DNA from: an uncultured Gammaproteobacteria bacterium
Lineage (GTDB): Bacteria; Pseudomonadota; Gammaproteobacteria; Arenicellales; DRJH01
NCBI GenBank assembly: GCA_964415515.1
Contig: CAYQAP010000002.1
Span: 28,443-92,442 of the forward strand
DNA: 64,000 nt
Direction: 5' to 3'
Position 1 is the first letter of the stretch, and every line of letters begins with the position of its first letter. The notes below the pieces were generated by a model. It was not told the DNA's origin and did no database searches. It saw nothing but the letters and a program-made list of their open reading frames with translations. This document shows positions 18,080 through 28,599 of the stretch, piece after piece. A program made the translations under genes and the position numbers.

Positions 18080-18820
18080 ATGACACGACCCAGCCAGCGC
18101 GCGCACAATGAACTGCGCCAAAGAACGCTACAACGCCATTATACCCGGCATGCGGAAGGCTCTGTTCTGGCCTCATTTGGCGATACCCGGGTGTTGTGTA
18201 CTGCTTCCGTTGAAAACAAAGTCCCCCCCTTTCTGCGTGGCAAGGGTAAAGGCTGGATCACTGCCGAATACGGCATGTTGCCCCGCGCAACCAATACCCG
18301 TACCGGACGTGAAGCGGCCCGTGGCAAACAATCCGGACGAACGCTCGAGATTCAACGCCTGATTGGCCGCTCCCTGCGCCAGGCCGTTGATCTAAAAGCC
18401 CTGGGTGAACGCTGTATTCGAATTGATTGTGATGTACTGCAAGCCGATGGTGGCACTCGTACAACAGCGATTACCGGTGGCTTTGTGGCTCTGGCTGATG
18501 CCATATACGGACTCAGCCTGTCAGGCACTCTTAAAAGTAGCCCGTTACGCCACCAAATTGCTGCTGTTTCAGTGGGTATCTATGCCGGAGAACCGGTTCT
18601 TGATCTAGACTATGCGGAAGACAGCAACGCTGAAACCGACATGAATGTGGTCATGAATGACAGTCCGGGTTTTGTAGAAATCCAGGGTACCGGGGAATCC
18701 GCTGCATTCTCACACGACCAGTTGTTGGCCATGACGGCACTGGCCAGCAAGGGTATTCAGCAATTGTTTACCCTGCAACGCGAAACCCTGGGTGATGATT
18801 TGCTTTTGAATCAGCCATGA
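18080..18820 (+). CDS. rph: Ribonuclease PH
   Basis: [13 protein letters not shown]..., [33 protein letters not shown]. The ORF opens at GTG 18074, but ATG 18080 is preferred. Confidence 0.93.
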   Translation: MTRPSQRAHNELRQRTLQRHYTRHAEGSVLASFGDTRVLCTASVENKVPPFLRGKGKGWITAEYGMLPRATNTRTGREAARGKQSGRTLEIQRLIGRSLRQAVDLKALGERCIRIDCDVLQADGGTRTTAITGGFVALADAIYGLSLSGTLKSSPLRHQIAAVSVGIYAGEPVLDLDYAEDSNAETDMNVVMNDSPGFVEIQGTGESAAFSHDQLLAMTALASKGIQQLFTLQRETLGDDLLLNQP

Positions 18821-19461
18821 GCAAGGCTAAAAAACAACGACTGGTCCTAGCGACGGGCAATGCCGGCAAACTCCGCGAAGTTCAGGCCCTGCTGCAACCT
18901 TTGGGCTATGAGCTTCTGTCGCAAGCCGATTTTGCTGTGACCGAAGCAGACGAAAATGGCCTGAGCTTTGTCGAAAACGCCTTGATCAAGGCCCGAAATG
19001 CGGCCCACCAATGCGGACTCCCTGCACTGGCGGATGACTCTGGACTGCTGGTTGATAGCCTGGACGGTGCACCTGGGATTCATTCCGCTCGTTATGCCGG
19101 GGGAAACGGCGATAAGGCCAATAACACACGCCTGCTTGAAGCGCTAAGCAATGTTCCTGAACAACAACGAACCGCGTCTTTTCAATGTGTCATGGTCTTC
19201 GTACGCATGCCCTCGGATCCAGTCCCGTTGATCGCACAAGGGCGTTGGCAGGGCCGGATACTCACCGCATCACTCGGTAAGAATGGCTTTGGCTACGACC
19301 CGCTGTTCTGGCTTGAATCGGAGAATAAAACGGCGGCACAATTATCCCCTGCACGAAAGAATCAGCTCAGCCACCGTGGTCAGGCACTGCGTTATATGGC
19401 CGAACAACTGGCTGCCAACCCACCTTTACCCATCCCAATACTGGATACACAGGAGTCCTGA
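18817..19461 (+). CDS. rdgB: dITP/XTP pyrophosphatase (RdgB/HAM1 family)
   Basis: 214 aa. [49 protein letters not shown] overlap with rph. Confidence 0.92.
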   Translation: MSKAKKQRLVLATGNAGKLREVQALLQPLGYELLSQADFAVTEADENGLSFVENALIKARNAAHQCGLPALADDSGLLVDSLDGAPGIHSARYAGGNGDKANNTRLLEALSNVPEQQRTASFQCVMVFVRMPSDPVPLIAQGRWQGRILTASLGKNGFGYDPLFWLESENKTAAQLSPARKNQLSHRGQALRYMAEQLAANPPLPIPILDTQES

Positions 19462-19462
19462 T

Positions 19463-20200
19463 ATGCCCCAAATCGTCCTGGTCCGACATGGCCAGAGCCT
19501 CTGGAATCAGCAAAATCGATTCACCGGCTGGGTTGATGTAGATCTATCGGGAACCGGTATCACCGAAGCTCGGGATGCCGGGAAATTACTGCTGGAAAAA
19601 CAGTTCCAGTTTGATATCGCCCTGACTTCGCGGCTGAAACGGGCAATCCGCACGCTCTGGCTGATTCAGGAAGAAACCAACCAGATGTGGCTGCCGGTCC
19701 ATACTGACTGGCGTCTTAATGAACGCCATTATGGCGCTCTGCAGGGGCTGGACAAAAAGGAAACCGCTGCCAAACATGGCTCGGAGCAAGTTCAGCGCTG
19801 GCGTCGTGGCTATGCCATTCGTCCCCCGGCCCTGGATCTGACTGACCCCATGAATCCGGCCCGTGATCCACGCTATCGGGAGGTTCCTGAGGTGCCATTA
19901 ACCGAATCCCTGGCCGATACGCTGGTCCGGGTAGAGCAGTGGTGGCAGGAGCGGTTAATCCCACTGTTACGCGCTGGTCTAAAACCGCTGATTGTTGCCC
20001 ATGGGAATAGTTTACGGGCGCTGGTCAAATATCTGGATAACCTGTCCGAACAAGAGGTCATCAATCTCAATATCCCCACGGGATTACCCCTGGTCTATGA
20101 GCTCGATGAAGATTTTTCCACCATCAGTCATCGCTACCTGGATGACCCGGAAAAAGTGGCTGCAGCAGCCAGTGCGGTTGCCAAACAAAGCCAGGTATAA
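19463..20200 (+). CDS. gpmA: 2,3-bisphosphoglycerate-dependent phosphoglycerate mutase
   Basis: Internal start MPQIVLVRHGQSLWNQQNRFTGW. RLNERHYGALQGL, VAHGNSLRAL. The longer ORF from 19283 overlaps rdgB and is rejected. Confidence 0.93.
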   Translation: MPQIVLVRHGQSLWNQQNRFTGWVDVDLSGTGITEARDAGKLLLEKQFQFDIALTSRLKRAIRTLWLIQEETNQMWLPVHTDWRLNERHYGALQGLDKKETAAKHGSEQVQRWRRGYAIRPPALDLTDPMNPARDPRYREVPEVPLTESLADTLVRVEQWWQERLIPLLRAGLKPLIVAHGNSLRALVKYLDNLSEQEVINLNIPTGLPLVYELDEDFSTISHRYLDDPEKVAAAASAVAKQSQV

Positions 20201-20256
20201 CAACACGGGCTCCTGACCCATACATTGGCAAACCCCCGGAGAACGAACCCCTTCAC

Positions 20257-20799
20257 ATGACAACTTGCCACACTACCAGCAGCTTCCTTGTCGCTACCCT
20301 GGTCATGGCAGCCGTGGTCACCGCTTCCAATATTTTGGTGCAGTTCCCCATCAACAACTGGCTGACCTGGGGCGCTTTCAGCTACCCGATCAGCTTCCTG
20401 GTTACCGACCTAATTAACCGCAAGGCCGGTGTACAAGGGGCCAGACGTGTTGTTTACGTTGGTTTTGCCACCGCCGTTGTGGCCTCACTACTGCTCGCAA
20501 CACCACGGATCGCCCTGGCTTCAGGAACGGCTTTTCTGGTCGGGCAACTGCTGGATGTCACCGTTTTCAACCGCCTGCGCCACTTCAGCTGGTGGAAGGC
20601 ACCGGTCATTTCATCCACCCTGGCTTCCCTTGTTGATACCCTGCTGTTCTTTTCCATCGCCTTTGCCGGCACCACCATACCCTGGATGAATCTGGCTGCA
20701 GGGGATTTCGGGATCAAAATGCTCATGGCCCTGACCCTGCTGGTGCCATTTCGAGCCATGATGAATATCATCCGACCACAACCGGAATTGATCCGCTAG
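20257..20799 (+). CDS. VUT-family queuosine-precursor transporter (YhhQ-like)
   Basis: 180 aa with about 6 TM segments. The FSYPISFLVTDLINR and VGQLLDVTVFNRLR motifs are typical of YhhQ/VUT. Confidence 0.7.
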   Translation: MTTCHTTSSFLVATLVMAAVVTASNILVQFPINNWLTWGAFSYPISFLVTDLINRKAGVQGARRVVYVGFATAVVASLLLATPRIALASGTAFLVGQLLDVTVFNRLRHFSWWKAPVISSTLASLVDTLLFFSIAFAGTTIPWMNLAAGDFGIKMLMALTLLVPFRAMMNIIRPQPELIR

Positions 20800-20825
20800 G
20801 ATGCCCGAAACAGTTTATTGAACCC

Positions 20826-20853
20826 AATGAGGATATACCGGTATATCCTCATT
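20826..20853. repeat. Perfect 28-bp palindrome AATGAGGATATACCGGTATATCCTCATT
   Basis: Read directly and verified as self-complementary. Lies in the convergent intergenic region between yhhQ-like and prmC. No flanking U-tract. Confidence 0.85.
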
Positions 20854-21092
20854 GACATGGCGTTTCTTGAGCGGGTATGTGATGCACGCAACCGAGCCAA
20901 GGATTGCTTCGCCAGACACCACCAAAATTCACCACCAAATTAGTCAGCATAAAAATCAAGAATGATTTATTGAATGTTTTTAAAGTGCAAGCCCAACTGG
21001 ATGGGGTGCCATACAAGAGAAGAAGTAAACTACTGATGCGGGAATGGTTGAAAAGCAGCGTTCATTTTCATTGCTAAGAACAACGGCTGTAT

Positions 21093-21938
21093 TCAGTTTT
21101 TCTGACCCAGGCTAACCCGGGGATTGCCAGCCAGATCAGCCACGGTTTGGATTTTCGTATAAGACTGTGCAAGCAAATAATCACACACCACGTCGGCCTG
21201 TTCCGCACCGTGTTCAAGCAACAACCAACCGCCTGATCGCAAACAGGCCCAGGCCGAGGCAACTATAATCCGGATCGCATCGAGGCCGTCAGACCCTGCG
21301 ACCAGGGCTAGACGAGGCTCAAAGCACACGCCATCACCGGCCAGATGGGGGTCATTCTCAGCAATATACGGGGGATTGCTCAACAGCAGATCCAGACTGG
21401 CTGGCCGCAAGGCCTGGCACCAGCTGCTACGACAAAACCGGATATTTTCCAGCGCATACTCTTGTGCATTCTGTCGTGCAACCCACAGAGCCTGGACGCT
21501 GGTATCGGTTGCCAACAGCTGCCATTGAGGGCGTTCCCGGGCCAGCACCAATGCGATCGCACCACTGCCGGTTCCCAGCTCAGCCACGTGCCAAGCCCGG
21601 TCGTTGTGGGGCAAACCCAAGGCAGTCTCGACCAATATTTCGGTATCGGCCCGTGGCACCAGAACCCCTTCGCCAACCTGCAGCTGCAGATCCCAGAATG
21701 CTTGTCGACCCGTAATATAGGCCATCGGTTCACCACAGCTGCGACGCCTGACCAAGGCTTCAAGAGCAGACCACTGCTCGGCGCTTAGCTCCGATTGCTC
21801 TCGCAATATCAATGCTGCCTCACCGCAGCCGAGCACCTGCCGAACCAGCAAACGAGCATCCAGATTCGGGCTGACAGAATTGGTTAAGCGCTTGCGGATT
21901 TGTCGAAGCCGATCTGCTATGCGCAGCGTTTGACTCAC
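21093..21938 (-). CDS. prmC: Release factor glutamine methyltransferase
   Basis: 281 aa. GTGSGAIAL and the NPPY motif (LLLSNPPYI). ATGA-type overlap with prfA upstream. Confidence 0.92.
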   Translation of the reverse strand: MSQTLRIADRLRQIRKRLTNSVSPNLDARLLVRQVLGCGEAALILREQSELSAEQWSALEALVRRRSCGEPMAYITGRQAFWDLQLQVGEGVLVPRADTEILVETALGLPHNDRAWHVAELGTGSGAIALVLARERPQWQLLATDTSVQALWVARQNAQEYALENIRFCRSSWCQALRPASLDLLLSNPPYIAENDPHLAGDGVCFEPRLALVAGSDGLDAIRIIVASAWACLRSGGWLLLEHGAEQADVVCDYLLAQSYTKIQTVADLAGNPRVSLGQKN

Positions 21939-23020
21939 CCGCCCGACATGGCGGCCAGTTGATCCGCCTGGTACTCATTGATTAACGGCTTAATCACATG
22001 ATCGAGTTGGCCCTGCAGTACCTCATCCAGTTTATATACCGTCAAGCCGATACGGTGATCGGTGACTCTGCCCTGCGGGTAATTGTAGGTCCGAATACGC
22101 TCCGAGCGATCACCACTTCCCACCAGGTTTCTGCGGGTTTCGGCCTCGGCTTCATGCTGGCGACGTATTTCCTGCTCCAGCAGGCGTGAACTCAGTACCG
22201 ACATGGCCCGGGCCTTATTCTTGTGCTGTGAGCGTTCATCCTGGCACTCTACTACCAGGCCACTGGGTAGATGGGTGATACGCACTGCCGAATCGGTCCG
22301 ATTAACGTGCTGCCCACCCGCCCCGGAAGCCCGGTAGGTATCGATCCGTAGATCTGCTGAATTGATCTCAATATGGTCGATGGCATCCACCTCGGGCAGA
22401 ATAGCGACAGTACAGGCTGAAGTATGAATACGGCCCTGGGCCTCGGTTTCTGGAACCCGTTGTACCCGATGAGCACCAGATTCAAACTTCAGGTAAGAAT
22501 AGGCACGGTGGCCAACAACCCGGGAGATGATTTCCTTGAACCCTCCATGTTCGCCCGTACTCTGGCTAACAACTTCCACCTGCCAATGCCGCTGCTGGGC
22601 ATACAGACTATACATCCGAAACAGGTTACCGGCAAACAATGCCGCTTCATCCCCACCCGTTCCGGCACGGATTTCCAGAAAGATATTGCGTTCATCCTTG
22701 GGATCTTTCGGCAATAACAAGCGCCGCAAACTGTCCCGCAGCTGGTCACTGCGCTCGCGCAATAGCGGCAACTCGTTCTCTGCCAACTCCTGGATACTGG
22801 CATCCGGATCGTGGCACATGGCTTTAGTTTCAACCAGCTCCTGGCGGATCGATTGATAGCGGGAAAACAGCTCCACGACCGGCGAAATGTCCGCGAGTTC
22901 AATCGATAACTGTCGAAAACGTTGTTGCTCAGCAATTACCCCGGGATCCGACAGTAAACGATTGATTTCTTCCTGACGCTCTCTTAGCTGTTGCAGTTTG
23001 CCAAGCAGTGAAGGATTCAT
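21935..23020 (-). CDS. prfA: Peptide chain release factor 1
   Basis: 361 aa. PxT-type tripeptide region (ILPEVD...), GGQ motif (SGAGGQHVN). Confidence 0.95.
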   Translation of the reverse strand: MNPSLLGKLQQLRERQEEINRLLSDPGVIAEQQRFRQLSIELADISPVVELFSRYQSIRQELVETKAMCHDPDASIQELAENELPLLRERSDQLRDSLRRLLLPKDPKDERNIFLEIRAGTGGDEAALFAGNLFRMYSLYAQQRHWQVEVVSQSTGEHGGFKEIISRVVGHRAYSYLKFESGAHRVQRVPETEAQGRIHTSACTVAILPEVDAIDHIEINSADLRIDTYRASGAGGQHVNRTDSAVRITHLPSGLVVECQDERSQHKNKARAMSVLSSRLLEQEIRRQHEAEAETRRNLVGSGDRSERIRTYNYPQGRVTDHRIGLTVYKLDEVLQGQLDHVIKPLINEYQADQLAAMSGG

Positions 23021-24288
23021 CCACTACCATCCTGTTTTCGGTCCAGGGCAAACAATTTACGAGTGGCCTTGAGCAAAGTCGGGTCACCCTCCAAATCTGC
23101 GCGACGCAGAGCATTTGAGGGCTGATGTGCAAATTTGTTGGTCAAACTGCGGCTCAATTGGCTGACAACATCGGCCGAGTTAGCTCCAAGCTCCAGCTTC
23201 CTTAGCGCCTTTTTAAGTTCCGCCTGTGCGGTACACTCGAGCTGTTGGCGTAACTGCCGAATCGTCGGTACAGCATCCAGAGAGTGCAGCCAGTGCATAA
23301 ATTTTGCCACTTGTAACTCTATGATTTCTTCCGCTTCAACAGCCGCCTGTTGGCGAGATTGGACCCCGGTCGCAATCACATCCTGAAGATCATCGATCGT
23401 GTATAGATAGACATTATCGAGCTCCCGTACCTGTCCCTCAATATCCCGCGGCACGGCCAGATCAACCATGAATATCGGACGATGCTTGCGGGCTTTCAAT
23501 GCACTCTCAATCAACCCTTTTCCCAGGATTGGTAATGGTGCTGCCGTTGAAGAGATAATGATATCCGCCTCGTGCAGGCGCTCCGCTAACTGCTGCAGAG
23601 AAATGGCTTCCCCAAGGATTATGTCGGCCAGCCACTGCGCCCGTTCGACTGTGCGGTTGCTGACAATCATCTGGTGTACACCCTGCTCCAGCAGGTGCCT
23701 GGCTACCAATTCGATGGTTTCCCCGGCACCAATCAACAACACTGTCTGATTGCCCAGATTGGCAAAAATTCTGCGCGCCAGCTTGACTGCCGCATAGGCC
23801 ACAGATACCGCACTGGCACCAATAGCCGTATCCGTACGAATCTGTTTGGCTACCGAAAACGTATGCTGAAACAATCGATTGAGAATTTTTCCCGTGGCCC
23901 CAACCTGGCTGGCACAGGAGAATGCCTGTTTCATCTGCCCGAGAATCTGAGGCTCCCCAAGCACCATGGAGTCTAAGCCACAGGCAACTCGGAACGTATG
24001 CTGTACGGCCGCTTGATCGGGGTGCTGATACAGGCATTGCTGGAGATCCATAGTCGTCAGGTTGTTATAGCGACTGATCCAGTCGATCACTGCCTCATTG
24101 CGTACATTCTGGCTGCGGCAATAGATTTCAGTACGGTTGCAGGTGGACAAAATCGCCGCTTCTTCCACCCCACATGACGCACGCAGGCTGCTTAAGGCAT
24201 CCGGCAAGATGTCTGTACTAAATGCGGTTTTTTCCCGCAAAGCAACCGGTGCCGTTTTATGGCTCAGTCCGAGGGTCAGAAGATGCAT
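23017..24288 (-). CDS. hemA: Glutamyl-tRNA reductase
   Basis: 423 aa. [28 protein letters not shown]. Confidence 0.95.
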   Translation of the reverse strand: MHLLTLGLSHKTAPVALREKTAFSTDILPDALSSLRASCGVEEAAILSTCNRTEIYCRSQNVRNEAVIDWISRYNNLTTMDLQQCLYQHPDQAAVQHTFRVACGLDSMVLGEPQILGQMKQAFSCASQVGATGKILNRLFQHTFSVAKQIRTDTAIGASAVSVAYAAVKLARRIFANLGNQTVLLIGAGETIELVARHLLEQGVHQMIVSNRTVERAQWLADIILGEAISLQQLAERLHEADIIISSTAAPLPILGKGLIESALKARKHRPIFMVDLAVPRDIEGQVRELDNVYLYTIDDLQDVIATGVQSRQQAAVEAEEIIELQVAKFMHWLHSLDAVPTIRQLRQQLECTAQAELKKALRKLELGANSADVVSQLSRSLTNKFAHQPSNALRRADLEGDPTLLKATRKLFALDRKQDGSG

Positions 24289-24336
24289 GGATGATCCATC
24301 ACAAATATATCGGTGGGAACAGCTGCAGGACTACAG

Positions 24337-25995
24337 TTATCGCAACAACAAGTTGATTTTTGCAGGTGTTTTGTTAGCCGCAATGCGCAATTTCCGCCAA
24401 CACTGCAAACCAGCCAACATGAGCCAGCTGCCGAGCAGTAACAGTACAGCGTACAACAATTCATGCGGCTGCCAGTAATCCGTGTGTTGCAATAAGCCCT
24501 GCAAACCGGCCCATTGTCCTACGCCCCACACCAGCAACCCCATGCTGAGCGCAAGTCCGCCAGCACGTTGTTGGCGCGATAATGCCAGCCCAATCATCAC
24601 CAACAATCCAGCTGATACCAAAGCACTCGCAACACCCCACGCCACCCACAATGCGGTAAGACCATGGCCGGGTAGTATAAACAATGCCAGACCTGCCGTG
24701 AATGCCGTCAACAGCAAAGAGGACAAACGAAAACTGTGGTTTGCCATGTTTTTTATCGCGTCGTTGAGTAATATTCTTTGACCACGAAGCCCAGCCTGCA
24801 GTGCCGCCATAAGCAAGACGATTGCGGTAAATCCGGCAAACCCCAAGCTGCTGGCACTGGAAATACCCAACTGACTGATCAGATCAGCCACCTGAGCTAA
24901 AGCACCTGAAAAAGCATATTGCAGGCTTTGTTGGGACTGCCAGGACAACGCCGTGCTCTGGGCATCACCAACGCCGATCATGACCAACCATATCAAGCCT
25001 GCCAGAACAGCTACCGTGATACCGACATAGCTGTGTAATGGGGTCATACGTTGTTGGGTTCGGGTACTCCCCACCACAGAAATCATATACCAGGCTCCGA
25101 AAGTGACCGCTGGTAAACTGATCAGTAGCCCGGGCAATATAGGGACAGGGGCCACTGTGGTGATACGCGGTATCACCATGATTGCCGAAATTGTCAGCAT
25201 ACCTAGCATTGCAGACAACAGCAGCAGCATACACAGGACACCGACAGCCAATCGATACCGTACCACCGCCTCATGGCCCTGACGTAACATCAATCCATAC
25301 AACATCACCAGTATGAACAACCAGAGGGTTGAGGGTTGCACCACAAACTGAGTATCACCACTGCCGAGCAAATAAATTTCTCCCACCAAACGCAACGGCA
25401 AGATACTGGCAATCGGTAACAGCAGCAGCCATAATACTGCCAGCACGATGATCGAACCGGTGTCTGAGCGCCACAATCGCGTCTTTCTCAACACTACAAA
25501 AGGCACCCAATGCAACAGCACCAGGCTGGCTGCAACCGGGAATAACGCCATAAGCTGACTCGCCACAACCAACAGCAGGACATGAATCAGCGTCGCTGCA
25601 ATCTGTAATAACAGCGCCATAGACCTGGACCCATGCCGGCCTAGCAAATCCTTGCTGACCGCTGCGAACCCATCCAGTGGATAACGACCATCAAGAAAAT
25701 GCAACCCTGCAGCAGTCATCCCGCAAACCCCAAGTCCACCCACCAGCAACCACAACGCCACCGGCCCCCACCCCCAAAACGAAGCCAGAGGAATACTGAC
25801 CAGTAACCCGCCACCCAGTAAAAGAACCGTTTGGTTAACGGTGCAAACCACGGCAGCGCGACCACCAGGGGCAGCAATGGCTCTCGGCAGCAATGTTGTG
25901 GCAGGAAAAAACCAGCGGCCGAGAAAACGGCCCAGAAAGTGCCAACCGACCCCGACCAATAACAACATAACCGCTAGCATCCACCACGGACTCAC
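24337..25995 (-). CDS. Hypothetical polytopic inner-membrane protein (~14 TM), family not recognised
   Basis: 552-aa ORF (GTG start; alternative ATG at 25980), hydrophobic throughout and Leu/Gly/Ala/Trp-rich. It ends 48 nt upstream of hemA on the same strand. Confidence 0.6.
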   Translation of the reverse strand: MSPWWMLAVMLLLVGVGWHFLGRFLGRWFFPATTLLPRAIAAPGGRAAVVCTVNQTVLLLGGGLLVSIPLASFWGWGPVALWLLVGGLGVCGMTAAGLHFLDGRYPLDGFAAVSKDLLGRHGSRSMALLLQIAATLIHVLLLVVASQLMALFPVAASLVLLHWVPFVVLRKTRLWRSDTGSIIVLAVLWLLLLPIASILPLRLVGEIYLLGSGDTQFVVQPSTLWLFILVMLYGLMLRQGHEAVVRYRLAVGVLCMLLLLSAMLGMLTISAIMVIPRITTVAPVPILPGLLISLPAVTFGAWYMISVVGSTRTQQRMTPLHSYVGITVAVLAGLIWLVMIGVGDAQSTALSWQSQQSLQYAFSGALAQVADLISQLGISSASSLGFAGFTAIVLLMAALQAGLRGQRILLNDAIKNMANHSFRLSSLLLTAFTAGLALFILPGHGLTALWVAWGVASALVSAGLLVMIGLALSRQQRAGGLALSMGLLVWGVGQWAGLQGLLQHTDYWQPHELLYAVLLLLGSWLMLAGLQCWRKLRIAANKTPAKINLLLR

Positions 25996-26156
25996 CGGGG
26001 ACCTCGGGAATTGTATGTCGCTGTATGCTCCACCCTAAACCATAGTCTTTACACTTCGTCTGAATAACGTAATAATCAGGCCCATCTCACCAACTGGTAA
26101 CTGCATCACTGCGCAGCCCCCCCGATATGCCCAACAACGGGCTATAGTATCGCATA

Positions 26157-27881
26157 ATGACATCTATCCTTCACCTCATCGCGCTCCCCCGGTTGGCTTT
26201 AGCTCTGCTGACGCTGCTGCTGACTGCCTGTGTCAGCACCCCACCACCTGTTGTTCCGGTGACTCCTCCCGCCCCGGCACTACCCGCCATTAAACTGGAT
26301 CAAAGCTTGTTGTACGATTTTCTGCTCGGGGAAATGGCTCTACAGCGCGGCTATGATGATATCGCTGTCGATGCCATGGCCCGGGTCGCCATGGCCTCCA
26401 GAGACCCTCGCACCGTATCCCGCGCGGCTCAGGTTGCCAATGCCAGGAAAAAGTACAGTCAAGCCTTGGTAATTGCCAATCTGTGGTTGAAACTTGCCCC
26501 TGATGCCGCAGAGCCCTTGGGGATTATTGCGGTTGCCCAGTTACAACTTGGACACCGCAATGTTGCAGAAAAAGCCCTTCGTACACAACTCGAGAAAGGT
26601 CAGCCGAATCTAAAACTGGCCTATCGAAAACTCGCCGCTGTTATGCTTCAAGTTGTGGTTGATCAACCTGCCCTGGCCATAGCGGTGATGAAAAAACTGG
26701 TTGCTTTGCATCCCAAGTCTGCTGATGCATGGCTCATGCTGGCTTTGGTTGCGGAACGCGCCAAAGATCGCACTGCAATAATGTATGCCCTGGATCAGGC
26801 GCTGATCGTTCGACCTGATTGGGAGGATGCTGCATTGGCAAAATTTTCCCAACTCAGTCAAGCAAAAAATACGGATGCCGAGAAATTCATAAAAAACTGG
26901 CTCACCAGCTACCCGAATTCTGGTCAAGTCCAAACAACCTATGGCCAATATCTGTTAAAAAAGGGCCGCAAAACTGCTGCCTTGCAGGCCTTCGAAGTCG
27001 CCACCAGGCTGCTGCCAAACAACCTGGATGCCCATTACGCTGCTGCGTTACTCAGCTTTCAAACCAAGAAATTTGCCACCGCCACCGTGCATCTACAACA
27101 GGCTCTAAAACTTCACCCAAATGACCCGATGCTACAGATTATGCTGGGTCAATCGTATGCTTCCCTGCAACAATACCCACAAGCACTGGATATTTTCAGC
27201 GTTGTAAAAGGCGACAAACCTTCTTTTCAGGCTCGTTTGCTGTCTTCCGAAGTACTGATCAAGCAAGGAAAAACTACCCAGGCACTTGAGCTCCTCAGCC
27301 AAACATTGACCAGCAGTCCCGATCAGGAAATTCAATTGATTCTGGAAAAGAATCAGCTGTTCAGGAAATTAAAGGCCTGGAAAAGCAGCAAAGCGATGCT
27401 TGATAAAGCCATCCTGCGCTACCCCGAAGACAACCGCCTGCTCACCGCCCATGGCCTGGCAGCTGCCGAATTGCGCATGGTGGACCAAGTTGAACAGGAT
27501 ATGCGCTTGCTGATCAAACGTGAACCGAATAACGCCCAGGCATACAATTCTCTCGGCTATACCCTGGCCGACCAGACTGATCGTTATGCTGAGGCTCTGA
27601 TTCTGCTGCAGAAAGCCAACACCTTATTACCACAGAATCCCTTTATCCTGGACAGCCTGGGCTGGCTGTACTTTCGTATGGATCAAACCGATAAAGCGGT
27701 CGACTTTCTGCAACAGGCCCTGACGCTACGTCAGGATCCTGAAATTTCAGCCCACCTGGGTGAGGTATTGTGGAGTATTGGACAACAGCGAAAAGCACGT
27801 GACATATGGCAAAAAGCGTACCGGCAAGCCTCTGATAACAGCGTTCTGAATGCTACTATCAAACGCTTTATCAACCCCTGA
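26157..27881 (+). CDS. TPR-repeat lipoprotein (counterpart of the conserved TPR gene upstream of lolB in pseudomonads)
   Basis: 574 aa. Lipobox LLLTAC, multiple TPR-like repeats (AxxxLG, NAQAYNSLGYTLAD, NPFILDSLGWLYFRM). Conserved position before lolB-ispE. Confidence 0.8.
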   Translation: MTSILHLIALPRLALALLTLLLTACVSTPPPVVPVTPPAPALPAIKLDQSLLYDFLLGEMALQRGYDDIAVDAMARVAMASRDPRTVSRAAQVANARKKYSQALVIANLWLKLAPDAAEPLGIIAVAQLQLGHRNVAEKALRTQLEKGQPNLKLAYRKLAAVMLQVVVDQPALAIAVMKKLVALHPKSADAWLMLALVAERAKDRTAIMYALDQALIVRPDWEDAALAKFSQLSQAKNTDAEKFIKNWLTSYPNSGQVQTTYGQYLLKKGRKTAALQAFEVATRLLPNNLDAHYAAALLSFQTKKFATATVHLQQALKLHPNDPMLQIMLGQSYASLQQYPQALDIFSVVKGDKPSFQARLLSSEVLIKQGKTTQALELLSQTLTSSPDQEIQLILEKNQLFRKLKAWKSSKAMLDKAILRYPEDNRLLTAHGLAAAELRMVDQVEQDMRLLIKREPNNAQAYNSLGYTLADQTDRYAEALILLQKANTLLPQNPFILDSLGWLYFRMDQTDKAVDFLQQALTLRQDPEISAHLGEVLWSIGQQRKARDIWQKAYRQASDNSVLNATIKRFINP

Positions 27882-28599
27882 GTCTACCCGCATCGTTCCG
27901 GTTAGATCCAATGTTCTGATCGGAGGCCTGTTGCTTGCGATCCTGCTGACTGGTGGTTGCAGCCCGCAGGTGGTACGGGTTGACCATCCCACGACGCTCT
28001 GGGACATTCATGCCAAGCAACTAAGAACCATCAGTAACTGGCAGATCAAGGCACGCATGGCCGTACGTTCAAACCGCAAAGGTGGCCAGGTCACGGTACA
28101 CTGGAAGCGAATGAATAATTCTCATGCCCTTGATTTATACGGCCCCTTTGGCAGTGGGCGAATGCGCCTGCAGCAAAACCCCGGTCAAGCCACCCTGGTT
28201 GACAGTAAAAAATACCGCTACACAGGCCGCTCACTGCAGCAGTTGTTATTTCGTCGGGTTGGCTGGCAGGTCCCATTCTCCAGCCTGCAGTACTGGATCG
28301 TGGGCTTGCCGGCACCTGGAAAACCGCAGCAACAATGGGACAAGCGAGGGCGATTGCGCAGTTTGCGACAAAATGGCTGGGAGATCCAATACAATGAATA
28401 CCGTAAAGTTGGCCGCTATGAGCTGCCCGGCCGACTGCAGCTGGATGCACTACCGGGAACCATTCCGGGTCTCACATCAGACTTCGCATGGCTAGAAGAT
28501 CACCCCGGGACTTTGCAGCAGCCTTTATTCAGAATCAAGCTGATCATCCGCAGCTGGCAGCTTGCCAAAAACCCGGCTGCTGGGGTATCAAACCCATGA
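27850..28599 (+). CDS. lolB: Outer-membrane lipoprotein LolB
   Basis: Lipobox LLTGGC, WQIKARMAV...G.V.W, LDLYGPFG. Conserved position before ispE. The start is uncertain: ATG 27850 overlaps the TPR gene by 32 nt. Confidence 0.8.
   Translation: MLLSNALSTPESTRIVPVRSNVLIGGLLLAILLTGGCSPQVVRVDHPTTLWDIHAKQLRTISNWQIKARMAVRSNRKGGQVTVHWKRMNNSHALDLYGPFGSGRMRLQQNPGQATLVDSKKYRYTGRSLQQLLFRRVGWQVPFSSLQYWIVGLPAPGKPQQQWDKRGRLRSLRQNGWEIQYNEYRKVGRYELPGRLQLDALPGTIPGLTSDFAWLEDHPGTLQQPLFRIKLIIRSWQLAKNPAAGVSNP

Noticed and set aside
20814-20974. 9-bp direct repeat TTTATTGAA (20814-20822 and 20966-20974) flanking the 28-bp palindrome, possibly the TSD of a miniature element
   Set aside because: The 143 bp between the copies has no terminal inverted repeats, and an AT-rich 9-mer repeat is plausible by chance.
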